A stretch of DNA of 64,000 nucleotides from contig JAJYRE010000018.1 of assembly GCA_021794235.1 (NCBI GenBank), forward strand, positions 3,441 to 67,440. The letters run 5' to 3'. The notes below the pieces were generated by a model. The model was not told where the DNA came from and ran no database searches. It saw only the letters and a list, made by a program, of their open reading frames with translations. The DNA comes from Nanobdellota archaeon. GTDB taxonomy: Archaea; Nanobdellota; Nanobdellia; Parvarchaeales; Parvarchaeaceae. Made by a program: the position numbers and the translations under genes. Shown here piece by piece: positions 20,067 to 29,404 of the stretch. Numbering within the stretch: the stretch's first letter is position 1; each line of letters starts with the position of its first letter.

Positions 20067-20675
20067 ATGACAAAGGCAAAATACCAAAAACTCAAGTTGA
20101 AAGTACCTAATGGTGTATATCCGCCATCGGAAGATTCGTTACTTACACTGGGGGCTTTACAGTACGCATACGGGGATGTCTTGGATCTTTGTGCTGGCAG
20201 CGGAATAATCGGACTGAACGCTGCAGTACATGCAGACACTGTAACGCTCGTTGACATAAGTGAAGATGCAGTAAGAACTATAAAATCTAATGCCAAGGCA
20301 AATCTTATAAAGAACGTAAAGGTTGTAAGATCGAATCTGTTTTCAGGACTGGAGGGGAAGCGTTTTGACATTATATATTGTAACCCTCCATACCTTCCAG
20401 GGAAAATAGATAAGAAAGATTGGCTGGACGTGGCAACTCTTGGCGGAAAGGCAGGCTATGAGTTAACGATTAGAATTGTTAAAGAACTGCCGAAGCACTT
20501 AAAAAAGAACGGAAAGGCTTTTCTTGTACTGTCCACTGCGTATGACGTTGATAAGGTTTATAAACTGATAGATTCATTAAAACTTAGATTTAAGAAAATT
20601 AAATCGGTAAAATTCTTCTTCGAAGAATTAATCCTTATTGAAATATATGAAGACAGCTGGTATAGCAAGCTATAA
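20067..20675 (+). CDS. prmC: HemK2/PrmC-family release factor glutamine methyltransferase
   Basis: VYPPSEDS, LDLCAGSG, NPPY. Confidence 0.9.
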   Translation: MTKAKYQKLKLKVPNGVYPPSEDSLLTLGALQYAYGDVLDLCAGSGIIGLNAAVHADTVTLVDISEDAVRTIKSNAKANLIKNVKVVRSNLFSGLEGKRFDIIYCNPPYLPGKIDKKDWLDVATLGGKAGYELTIRIVKELPKHLKKNGKAFLVLSTAYDVDKVYKLIDSLKLRFKKIKSVKFFFEELILIEIYEDSWYSKL

Positions 20676-20964
20676 TGGGCAGATAATCCTAGCCGTAATA
20701 ATCGACAATAGCGTCCATATATACCGTGTAAAGACCTTGAATGATGCAAAGGACATACTGAATACATCAAAACCAGAGGTCGTGGCCGTGGATAAGAGCG
20801 CTTCCGAATTCTATGAGGATTTAGAATATGGGTTTAATACTGTCAAATTCGAGTCTTCTGTGCATGATATTTCAGCACCGATGAAAAAGTTAACTCCTCT
20901 GAATATAGTAAAGGATAGTGATAGACCCGCGATAGCGGCCGCATACTATTCAATTGAAAGCTAA
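20638..20964 (+). CDS. Small hypothetical protein, possible RNase H-like fold (DUF460 N-terminus-like)
   Basis: TAGIAS...LAVIID...KPEVVAVD pattern; start may be 20647. Confidence 0.5.
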   Translation: MKYMKTAGIASYNGQIILAVIIDNSVHIYRVKTLNDAKDILNTSKPEVVAVDKSASEFYEDLEYGFNTVKFESSVHDISAPMKKLTPLNIVKDSDRPAIAAAYYSIES

Positions 20965-20966
20965 AC

Positions 20967-21374
20967 TCACTGAAGTATCGGTTTGTCCTGAAGAACTTCT
21001 CCTTTCTCGACTTTTACGAAGTTTGGCACGACAAGCAGATAATCCTCGTCTATACCTATTATCTGTGCTTCGGCAGCGTCTGCGCTCTTTTTAAGTTTTG
21101 ATATCGTTCTCTTGAGTTCTTCCACTCCGCCTTTCTCCTTAAGGTCTTTTATCTTTATGAATGCAAGGGTATATCCGGATCTTATATCATTAAGGATGGG
21201 GGAGGAATCCTCGAATTTAACCAAGGAGTAATATTTGACATATATCTTTGCGAGTGGCTTATCCTTCTGCTCTACTTCCAATTCTACGTAGTCGCTATTG
21301 GAAGAAGACTCTATATTTACGTTCTTCTTAAATATATTCAAAAATTTATCAATTGGTAGATTTGTCATAAGCAC
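20967..21374 (-). CDS. sepF: Cell division protein SepF
   Basis: DYVELE linker, ILNDIRSG, ELKRTISKLK, IIGIDEDYLLVVP. Confidence 0.88.
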   Translation of the reverse strand: MLMTNLPIDKFLNIFKKNVNIESSSNSDYVELEVEQKDKPLAKIYVKYYSLVKFEDSSPILNDIRSGYTLAFIKIKDLKEKGGVEELKRTISKLKKSADAAEAQIIGIDEDYLLVVPNFVKVEKGEVLQDKPILQ

Positions 21375-21534
21375 CTCACATTTTATTTATCGTAATTAAA
21401 TATACACAGGTGGCATATTTAAATGCTATTGTAATTTTTCTAATGACGCAAGTACAATAACTGCCGATAGATTTACTACTATAGAAAATGTACGGTTTGC
21501 ACATATTTATATCACCTAGTTTCATGAACTTCGT

Positions 21535-22149
21535 ATGGGTGGGTACCAGCTTAGCCTGGACAATTTTCTGGGCGCACGGAACAGATTGAAGGGGCCAAAG
21601 GATGTCGCTGACAGAATAATAGGAAACTCTGCAGTTGGCCTGACATTTGATTTTGACTTGAATATTAATTTTACTTCGCTCGTAACATCCACGTACGATG
21701 TTGAGGATGCTGAGAAGAGCATTGCTGCGATGGATAAAATGCAGCTGGATTATGTGTGTTTTTTGGTTTCGGATGAAATTAAAAAGAGAGCACTCGATGA
21801 TTACCTTCTTAAGCCTAGAAAAGTACCTAAAGCCCTGTCAAAAAAAATATATGATGAGGTCAACAGTGTGAAAATTTCCTCGCCTCTTATCATAATGGAC
21901 CTGGATAAAAATCTAGAATATACACTCATGAGGTGTACAGACGGAGATATATCTAAGAACCGTATCGAAATGAGGAAAATCGCCAACCCGTTTGAAGACA
22001 AGTACTTAAAATTCTATGACCATAAAGCTACAAACCTCGGGCATTACTATGATATTATGTCCGGCGGACTGTCTAAAGAGGAAGCTGACATAATCGTAGA
22101 CAATATATGCAGGAGGAGGGATTTGAACCCTCGAAGGCCTGAGCCATAA
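21535..22149 (+). CDS. Orphan hypothetical protein; 3' end overlaps tRNA-Leu on the opposite strand
   Basis: 204-aa ORF with its own upstream TATA-like tract; no family recognised. Confidence 0.65.
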   Translation: MGGYQLSLDNFLGARNRLKGPKDVADRIIGNSAVGLTFDFDLNINFTSLVTSTYDVEDAEKSIAAMDKMQLDYVCFLVSDEIKKRALDDYLLKPRKVPKALSKKIYDEVNSVKISSPLIIMDLDKNLEYTLMRCTDGDISKNRIEMRKIANPFEDKYLKFYDHKATNLGHYYDIMSGGLSKEEADIIVDNICRRRDLNPRRPEP

Positions 22150-22190
22150 GGTCCTAAGCCTTACACGTTTGACCGCTTCGTTACCCCTGC
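22108..22190 (-). tRNA. tRNA-Leu(TAG)
   Basis: GCAGGGG acceptor, TAAGG-CT-TAG-GA-CCTTA anticodon arm, long variable arm, GGTTCAAATCC T-arm, discriminator A, no encoded CCA. Confidence 0.95.
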
Positions 22191-22639
22191 TTAGTCTTAT
22201 CCTTGAACTGTACTATATCCGCAAACGTGATGTGGCCGTCATCCGCATTCCCGGAATAACCGGTGTATACTTTTTCGAAAAGTGATATTCCTAAAACATC
22301 TTCAAGCTTTCCGGCGAGTTCGTCAGTAGGTGTGATTTTTCCTTCAGCCACCTTCTTTAGCGTGAGCCTGGATTCCTTCAGCCTGTTTGAGAGCTCGTCT
22401 ATACTTATATTGCTATCCTTCAGTGCTTTCGATATCACATTCGAATAATCCAGTCTCAGCTCTATCTCCATGGATCCTTGCTGTTGCTGATGGTTCTGTT
22501 TTGTCGTACTTTCTGGCTTTTTTACCTCTCCTATGACCTTGCCGTTCTTTGAGCATTCTCCACATACGGTCAGTATTGCACCTTCTATTTCCGTCCTGTA
22601 CAATGTACCATCAGAGAAACCACACAATTCACAATTCAT
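22181..22639 (-). CDS. mbf1: Archaeal multiprotein bridging factor 1 (Zn-ribbon + HTH)
   Basis: CELCG...IEGA.L.VCGEC zinc ribbon followed by HTH (KLEDVLGISL). Confidence 0.9.
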   Translation of the reverse strand: MNCELCGFSDGTLYRTEIEGAILTVCGECSKNGKVIGEVKKPESTTKQNHQQQQGSMEIELRLDYSNVISKALKDSNISIDELSNRLKESRLTLKKVAEGKITPTDELAGKLEDVLGISLFEKVYTGYSGNADDGHITFADIVQFKDKTKQG

Positions 22640-24288
22640 AAACCAAGTCGATCCAGATAGATCTCCGCCACCGAAGCAGGCATTTCCAATCCGAACTCGT
22701 TCAAGACTTTCGGATGAACCTCTCCGACTATTCCTATATTCTGGCCGTTATAATTTATAAATCCGGCACGTCCTTTTATCATCATTTTTGAGAATCCGTC
22801 CAGGTCATCGTCCTTTACAAAAGACGGCTTTGCGTCTGTAAATGTATCGGATAGTACCCTCCTAACAACTGTCACTATATCGCTCACATTCGCGGTTTTA
22901 CCGCACGAGATAATTGTAAGCCTTAGCTGGTTATCAAAAAGAACATCTGCGTCTGACTTCCTGACAACGTAACCTATATCGAACAGATTCTGCGGAAATC
23001 TCTTGTTTAGGTTATTTGATACGAAACGTAACATCTCCGGTAATACATTTACCCTCGTCATTGTTATGTCACCGCTTTTAATGTCTATAAGCGGGGCATA
23101 ATTAGAAGAGGGTATACCGGTCTTCTCAAACTGTATTGTCTCGTTGGTTAAAACATTGAGTTCTAACTCCTGGTAACCAGAACCTATCATTAGGTTTCGT
23201 ATGTTTTCAACAGCCCTGTAATTTGCAAGTCTTGATCCGACCGTGTATGTCCTTAGCTCTGAGGAAGGCAGCTCATTTATTCCGAACATACGGACTACAT
23301 CGTCGACTATGTCAACTTGATGTATAATGTCCTGCCTGTAGAATGGCGGAACAATTATTAGCGAATCGCCGTTATCCTCATGTACTTCGTAATCGAAAGC
23401 CTTTAGTATGGACGCAACTTTCTTGAGAGGTATTTCTATACCCAGTATACTTGAGATATTATCCTGGTTCAAGTTGAATTTCTCGCTCTGTAAGGAGAAT
23501 CCGGTATCAATATCTTTAGACGAATATGACGGAGACACGACTTCTACACTGCCGAAGAACTGCAGGTTGAATGCCAATGCATTTGTAACGGAATTTACTG
23601 CATGCCTGTCTGTCCCTGTTATGTCTACGAAGAGAGTCTTTGTCTCATTTGTTACCGAACAGAAATCCGCATTTATCACCGGAGGAAGCGAAACTATCTT
23701 ACCGTCTTTCTGCGTCCAGACTGCGGGTTCACCGGATATTAATTTACCGTATTCGAGCCCCTGCTTAGTCTCTAGCATCACGGCATCATATCTCTTTTCA
23801 GAGTTATATCCGAGGGGAACGAATGATATATCCCCCTTCTTTCTAGTAGAATAGGTAATGGGAAACTCGAGCTTATCATAATCAAATATGCCTATCGCAG
23901 CCATTTTTCTGTTTCTTCCTATCGTAGAATCTAGCTTGTTCTGTATCTCTACCAATTCCTGTATAGAACCTCCTATCATCTTATCCAGTTTTACAAACAG
24001 GGTATTCACAAAAGGCCTTTCGCTTTTCTTAACTGTGACCTCCAGTTTTTTAGAGGATATAGTACTATTTCTATGAACGGAGAACCCCAACATTTCTGCT
24101 ATAAGGTTTGCAAGAGCGTACTTTGACACTATCTCCAGTCTATCAGATGTTAGTTCGAAGTTCATATACCCGTCATCGCCCGTCAGGTCTATGCCGTACT
24201 TGAAACAGACATCGTCATAATCTTTCCTAGATAGTTTCTTACGCAGGATTCTGTTCATTTCCTCGATGCTTGAATTTATCATTACCAT
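22636..24288 (-). CDS. pheT: Phenylalanine-tRNA ligase beta subunit
   Basis: GRNRKMAAIG, SLPPVIN, PFYRQDIIHQVDIVDDV, GEVHPKVL; start taken at ATG 24288 just after the pheS stop. Confidence 0.94.
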   Translation of the reverse strand: MVMINSSIEEMNRILRKKLSRKDYDDVCFKYGIDLTGDDGYMNFELTSDRLEIVSKYALANLIAEMLGFSVHRNSTISSKKLEVTVKKSERPFVNTLFVKLDKMIGGSIQELVEIQNKLDSTIGRNRKMAAIGIFDYDKLEFPITYSTRKKGDISFVPLGYNSEKRYDAVMLETKQGLEYGKLISGEPAVWTQKDGKIVSLPPVINADFCSVTNETKTLFVDITGTDRHAVNSVTNALAFNLQFFGSVEVVSPSYSSKDIDTGFSLQSEKFNLNQDNISSILGIEIPLKKVASILKAFDYEVHEDNGDSLIIVPPFYRQDIIHQVDIVDDVVRMFGINELPSSELRTYTVGSRLANYRAVENIRNLMIGSGYQELELNVLTNETIQFEKTGIPSSNYAPLIDIKSGDITMTRVNVLPEMLRFVSNNLNKRFPQNLFDIGYVVRKSDADVLFDNQLRLTIISCGKTANVSDIVTVVRRVLSDTFTDAKPSFVKDDDLDGFSKMMIKGRAGFINYNGQNIGIVGEVHPKVLNEFGLEMPASVAEIYLDRLGL

Positions 24289-24289
24289 A

Positions 24290-25819
24290 TCACGGCGACC
24301 CCTTGAAAATTTTCCCGACCTGAACATCCCTTAACAAATCCAAATCTGCAAATGCACCGTAAAGTTTTCTTATATCGTCCAGACCTATCCGCAGATTCAA
24401 CATCCTCTCCATGCCGAATCCCCATGCTATTATGTTCTTTGTTATACCTAACGGTCTCAGAGTCTCTGGCCTAAATATACCTGAATTCCCAAGTTCGACC
24501 CATCTTCCGAGATCTGGACTGAATCCCTGTATCTCCAGGCTCGGTTCGGTGTAAGGATTATATGTAGGTTTCAGACGTATCTGATCGATTCCTATACGCT
24601 TGTAGAACTCTTTTATGTAAGCGGTTAGGTCTCTAAGTGTAAGATTATCATCATAGACTATCCCTTCTATCTGATACAGTTCGAGAAGGTGCGTAGCATC
24701 CATTGTCTCGTTCCTGAACACTTTATCTATAGAGAAAAACTTAAAGGGTTTTTCAGGACTCTTAGCTATATAATGTGCTATATACCTGAAAGTCGTAGAT
24801 GTAGTGTGCCCCCTCAGGATAAGTACATCGCTCTTCTTGGTATCAAAATCCATCCTTTGGCCTATCGATCTGTTATATTTTCCATCCGAAAAGCCGGATT
24901 CGTATACGCTCATGACGTTATTAAGGATTTTTTTCGGGACGGTGGCCCTTCCTGCATCAATGTAGACAGTATCCTGTATATCTCTGTCCGGATGATTCTG
25001 TTTGAACATCATAACATCAAAATTCCAAAAAGTAGATTCAGCGTAATTGCTGTGCATCTCGGAGAATCCCATAGAGACAAGTACGTCTTTTATAAGCGAG
25101 GCGAACTCGACCTTTATGTTTTTTCTACCGATAACCGACTGCGGAACCTCTGCGTTTAAATCATATTCCCTGAATGAGAAATCTTTCCAGTTCTTTATGA
25201 CATCGTAATTCAGTTTATCAACGGATAAGTTGTTGAATTCTTTGTGCTGTAGGATTTTCCTTCCGAATTCAGTAATCTCAAGATTCTGCTGAAGGTCAGT
25301 ATCGACTTTTATGATGCCCCTCTTTATCATATCGGATAGTTCAGGAGTCTCTTTCAGACTTTCCCCTTTACCTACCGAATCTAGCAATTTTGCTCGTTCT
25401 ATAACATGATTCAACTTGTCTAGATTACCGCTTATTACCGAAGAAATTTCGATGGCATTTGCCTTTTTCAGCGAGCCTATAGCTGCAGAAAATTCCTTTT
25501 CATCCAGCCCAGACAAAGAGTATAAATCCTTGTAGGTTATGCTGCTTCTTTTAATAAGCAGTTTGGCGAGAATGCATTCGGGTAAGCCGGTTCTATGATA
25601 GTTTGCACCCAGGTCGGTAAGGCTGTATTGAACAGATGACAGTGTCGCCAATTTTATGACATCTTTGCTGAAAAGCTTCCTTGCAGAGTTCAGTACGGAT
25701 GACTTATCGAGTGGAGTCTGTGCCTCTATCTCGGAAACTGTAAGGCTCTTCTCAGCAAGCATTGTAAGTATTTTCTTGTCAGTCTCATTGAGCGTACGTA
25801 CAACATCTATCTCGTCCAT
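24290..25819 (-). CDS. pheS: Phenylalanine-tRNA ligase alpha subunit
   Basis: FWNFD...QNHPDRDIQDT, LRGHTT, VFRNETMDATHL, PYTEPSLE, GFGMER. Confidence 0.97.
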   Translation of the reverse strand: MDEIDVVRTLNETDKKILTMLAEKSLTVSEIEAQTPLDKSSVLNSARKLFSKDVIKLATLSSVQYSLTDLGANYHRTGLPECILAKLLIKRSSITYKDLYSLSGLDEKEFSAAIGSLKKANAIEISSVISGNLDKLNHVIERAKLLDSVGKGESLKETPELSDMIKRGIIKVDTDLQQNLEITEFGRKILQHKEFNNLSVDKLNYDVIKNWKDFSFREYDLNAEVPQSVIGRKNIKVEFASLIKDVLVSMGFSEMHSNYAESTFWNFDVMMFKQNHPDRDIQDTVYIDAGRATVPKKILNNVMSVYESGFSDGKYNRSIGQRMDFDTKKSDVLILRGHTTSTTFRYIAHYIAKSPEKPFKFFSIDKVFRNETMDATHLLELYQIEGIVYDDNLTLRDLTAYIKEFYKRIGIDQIRLKPTYNPYTEPSLEIQGFSPDLGRWVELGNSGIFRPETLRPLGITKNIIAWGFGMERMLNLRIGLDDIRKLYGAFADLDLLRDVQVGKIFKGSP

Positions 25820-25886
25820 AAAATATAATTTTGTGAGCTAATAATTTAACTCTATCGCTCAGACAATAAATGCTTACGGATCAGTA

Positions 25887-27314
25887 CTATTCAGAGTTCT
25901 TAAAGGTCCTAATACCGCCTTTCTCTACGAGCTTCGAGGCTAGATACGGCCCGGAAACATACAGATCTGCAAATTTAGAATCAGAGCTTTCCTCGGCTAT
26001 TTCATACATTGGGGGAGTTATCGAATTCATTGGGTCAAACTTCTCATCGAATGAGTCGTATACAAATCCAGGCAGGTCTAGTTTTCTGAGTCTACTCATA
26101 TAATCATCGATATTGCTGTATTTCTTCTTAAGGGCGCCCACTGCAGATAGAAGTCTGTTCGTAGCCGTATAAAGATCATATCCTTCCAGAGGTTTAGTCT
26201 GTGCTAGTTTGTCCATGGCTTGCATCGCATAGTAGCTAGCCATCTGTTCGCTTGTAGCGCCTGCGTGATGGGACAGTTCATGATAATCCGCGAATATGTA
26301 GCCGGGTGCAGCGACAGCCCTCTTTCTGTTTACAAAAACGTAACCGTGAACGCCTTTCTTAAATAGTTTACCCATCAGGGAAGAAGGAATAAACGTTGCG
26401 CCACCAACTCCCGAAGGGCTCTTATGTATTATCGAACTTGCTTTAACTTTTTTACCTAGAGACTCCTCTATGAATGGGATTACCTCCTCTTCATAAAGTT
26501 TCGTATTGGCTATGCTGTCCATCATATAATTGCTGGCCTTAGAGCTGCTCATCATATAGACTGCATTAAGGTCTTTAAGAGAAACTTCATCCCTACGATC
26601 GTTTAGAAAGCTTCCTGAGTATTTCTTATAGGTTGCGTAGAATTCTTTTTTGTATTTCTTTATATCTTTCTCAATCGCAGTCCGCTCCAGATAATCGGCA
26701 TTAAATTTTTTCTGTAGGTGCATAACTATCATATTCATGAGCAATGTGCCCCCAACTGTTACAAGCGCTCCAGTCTCTATAAATGTGGGTATATTGACTG
26801 GTAATTCCTCCATGAAAAGCTGCCCGAATGGTATGTGCAAGGCCGCGGAGTAATATGCAGTCTCTAGAGCAAACATGCCTGCCGTAGCTAGTTCACCGAA
26901 TGAGCCAACAAGCGATGCATTCGCGAGAGTGTGGTTATTCGTCTTGTTCAATACGAAGTTATAAATGCCAAAGCAAGCGGAAATTGGTGATAATAACGCC
27001 TTGCTGGCATAACCAAGAGCCTTTTTCAAAACGGGCGTTTTACGTTGCACACTGTCATCCGGCAGTAGACTCTCTAGATTTGTGTTAACGTCAATGTCCA
27101 ATAGTGATTTGTAATATCTGTCTACGCCATCTTTGCCATATTTTGCAACCGCGGCTTCATAATTAAGATTATTTGCGGATTTAGAAGTACTCTTAATGAC
27201 TGATGGCTCTAGGTAGAAGTTATCTGCTAGTTTATAGAATTCATTGATATTTGTATTGTGCCGGCTAACTGAACGTTTCTCAGAACTTATTATAGACTCA
27301 AGATTTTCGTCCAT
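25887..27314 (-). CDS. Orphan protein with central hydrophobic helices and a zincin HExxH motif (DUF3810-like)
   Basis: YHELSHHAGATSEQMASYYA (HExxH...E); hydrophobic segments about residues 130-200. Confidence 0.65.
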   Translation of the reverse strand: MDENLESIISSEKRSVSRHNTNINEFYKLADNFYLEPSVIKSTSKSANNLNYEAAVAKYGKDGVDRYYKSLLDIDVNTNLESLLPDDSVQRKTPVLKKALGYASKALLSPISACFGIYNFVLNKTNNHTLANASLVGSFGELATAGMFALETAYYSAALHIPFGQLFMEELPVNIPTFIETGALVTVGGTLLMNMIVMHLQKKFNADYLERTAIEKDIKKYKKEFYATYKKYSGSFLNDRRDEVSLKDLNAVYMMSSSKASNYMMDSIANTKLYEEEVIPFIEESLGKKVKASSIIHKSPSGVGGATFIPSSLMGKLFKKGVHGYVFVNRKRAVAAPGYIFADYHELSHHAGATSEQMASYYAMQAMDKLAQTKPLEGYDLYTATNRLLSAVGALKKKYSNIDDYMSRLRKLDLPGFVYDSFDEKFDPMNSITPPMYEIAEESSDSKFADLYVSGPYLASKLVEKGGIRTFKNSE

Positions 27315-27386
27315 CTTTAAACTATGATATAGTTTAATATTAATACTTTACCATTAAATAGTAATAGTGTATAATTAAAGAGTACT

Positions 27387-27896
27387 ATGATAATATCGAT
27401 AAGTGGCACGCCCGGAACTGGAAAGCACACCATAGCAAGGGAACTCGCAAAAAAATTGGATTACAGAATCATAGACTCCAATGAACTGCTAAGGGGAAAA
27501 TATGAAGTGAGTATCAAGGAGCTTAATGCGGCTGTTGGGCCAGAATTAAAGGATAACTCTATTATAGTTTCGCATATGGGGCATTTCTTAAAGTCAAAGA
27601 AGGTAGATTTGTTCATAATCATTAGGTGTGATCCAATGCGTCTGAAGAAAAGGCTGGAAAAAAGAGGGTACAGCAAAGAAAAGGTACATGACAATATTTT
27701 ATTTGAAGCGCTGGATGGTTCATACATAGAATCTGCATCGATACACAAAAACACTATTCAGGTGGATAACACCAAAAATATAGAAAGGACTATAAAAGAG
27801 CTTGTAGGCTACATAACGAAAAAACGACAGATCAAAAAATTTAGGAGCAATTACATAAAGCAGCTAATAAAGATAGAAAATATGAACAGACAGTAA
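27387..27896 (+). CDS. Adenylate kinase 6 / Fap7-like P-loop kinase
   Basis: SGTPGTGK, SHxxH, RC.P..L..RLEKRGY..EKV.DN. Confidence 0.88.
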   Translation: MIISISGTPGTGKHTIARELAKKLDYRIIDSNELLRGKYEVSIKELNAAVGPELKDNSIIVSHMGHFLKSKKVDLFIIIRCDPMRLKKRLEKRGYSKEKVHDNILFEALDGSYIESASIHKNTIQVDNTKNIERTIKELVGYITKKRQIKKFRSNYIKQLIKIENMNRQ

Positions 27897-27904
27897 TTTA
27901 AATA
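27897..27904 (+). promoter_or_regulatory. Putative TATA box for xth (probably leaderless mRNA)
   Basis: TTTAAATA 20-27 nt upstream of the ATG at 27924. Confidence 0.45.
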
Positions 27905-27923
27905 GAACTGAACTATACTGAAC

Positions 27924-28679
27924 ATGAAACTTCTGTCGTGGAATATAAACGGGATAAAGAGTGCTCTTAAGAAAGGAATCCTGCTTGAGATGGTGGAATC
28001 TGGAAAGTATGATGTTGTACTTCTTCAAGAAACGAAGGCAAAGGAATTCCCAGACGCTTTTGACTACTCAGAATATAATTCATATTTTTTCAAGGCGAAT
28101 AAGCCCGCTTATAGCGGTACTGCAATAATAACGAGGATTAAACCACTATCGGTAACGTATGGGTTCGGTGACCCTGAGTTTGATAATGAAGGCAGGGTGA
28201 TAACTGCGGAATTCGACAAATATTATGTAGTGAACAGCTATTTCCCAAATTCCAGAAGGGAGCTAACTAGACTGGATTACAAGCTCGCGTTCAACAAAAA
28301 GATGCTTGAGTATTTAGAGGACTTGAGAAAGAGTAAGCCCGTCATTATAGGGGGTGATTTCAATGTAGCACATACGGAGATAGATATTGCAAGACCTAAG
28401 GAGAACGTTATGAACCCAGGATTTACTGAGCAGGAGAGAGCATGGATGACGAAGATTTTGCAGAAAGGTTACATAGACACTTACAGGGAGTTCATAAAGG
28501 ACAGTGGTCACTATTCATGGTGGTCCCTTATAACATTCGCTAGGAAGAGAAATATAGGTTGGAGAATAGACTATTTTATAACCTCTGATGAATTAAAAAA
28601 CTCTTTAAGGGGTGCCGATATACTAGAAAACGTTTATGGCTCGGATCACGCACCTGTATATCTTGAAGTGGATGTTTAG
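27924..28679 (+). CDS. xth: Exodeoxyribonuclease III / AP endonuclease
   Basis: SWNING, LQETK, YFPN, GDFNVAH, GWRIDY, SDHAP. Confidence 0.97.
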   Translation: MKLLSWNINGIKSALKKGILLEMVESGKYDVVLLQETKAKEFPDAFDYSEYNSYFFKANKPAYSGTAIITRIKPLSVTYGFGDPEFDNEGRVITAEFDKYYVVNSYFPNSRRELTRLDYKLAFNKKMLEYLEDLRKSKPVIIGGDFNVAHTEIDIARPKENVMNPGFTEQERAWMTKILQKGYIDTYREFIKDSGHYSWWSLITFARKRNIGWRIDYFITSDELKNSLRGADILENVYGSDHAPVYLEVDV

Positions 28680-29371
28680 AACACGGGCTGATCGTGGAAT
28701 ATCCTTATGCCCTTGTCAGTTATGTCGAAGGGGTGCATCCCCGTGCTGTGTGATGAGAACCTCATCTTAAGGACGGTTACGGCTTTCTGGTAAAAATTCT
28801 GGTTGTACTGCATTGATAGCAGGATAACCATATCTGAAAGATATATTGGTATCGCCATATCCTCCGAGAGTTGCATTTTATTTATGTCGCCGTATCTTTC
28901 TACGGTAACCATTGTAGTACCAAATTTTCTTAGCATCTCAAAGGTCTCAGTAAGCATGTTCCTCTGCATAACTATGTCCTTTATCTCCCACAGGAAAGGT
29001 GTCAGCGGATCTATCACTATTCTGGAGTGCTTTCCCTCCCTAGTCTCCAGTATCTTAGGAAGATCTACCGACAAGAATTTCTTAAAGTCATGGCCGGACA
29101 TTTTTGTAAAAATAAAATTTTTGCCTACGTTCTCTCCGAATTCCTTGAATCCCAAAGACTCTGCGCTTTTTATAAAAGACTCAAGATTCTGCTCTAGACT
29201 GATGTAAAACACCTTCTCATCATTTCTGAGTCCTTCGAGCAAGAACTCCATGCTGAATATTGTTTTACCGGCACCGGGAGAACCGTATAACGTTGTTACG
29301 CTGTTCTTAACAAATCCACCGTTTACTAACTGGTCAAATCCCTCTACGCCGGTATGTACATGTTCAGTCAT
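28676..29371 (-). CDS. Single-domain KaiC/RAD55-family ATPase
   Basis: TGVEGFD...GGF, Walker A GSPGAGKT, RIVID, VLKMRFSSH. Confidence 0.9.
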   Translation of the reverse strand: MTEHVHTGVEGFDQLVNGGFVKNSVTTLYGSPGAGKTIFSMEFLLEGLRNDEKVFYISLEQNLESFIKSAESLGFKEFGENVGKNFIFTKMSGHDFKKFLSVDLPKILETREGKHSRIVIDPLTPFLWEIKDIVMQRNMLTETFEMLRKFGTTMVTVERYGDINKMQLSEDMAIPIYLSDMVILLSMQYNQNFYQKAVTVLKMRFSSHSTGMHPFDITDKGIRIFHDQPVF

Positions 29372-29404
29372 AAATTAAGTACTAGCTTTTGCAATTTATA
29401 TATT

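Noticed and set aside
28676-29371. KaiC as a circadian clock component
   Set aside because: Single-domain RAD55/KaiC-like ATPases are ubiquitous in archaea; no KaiA or KaiB is present.
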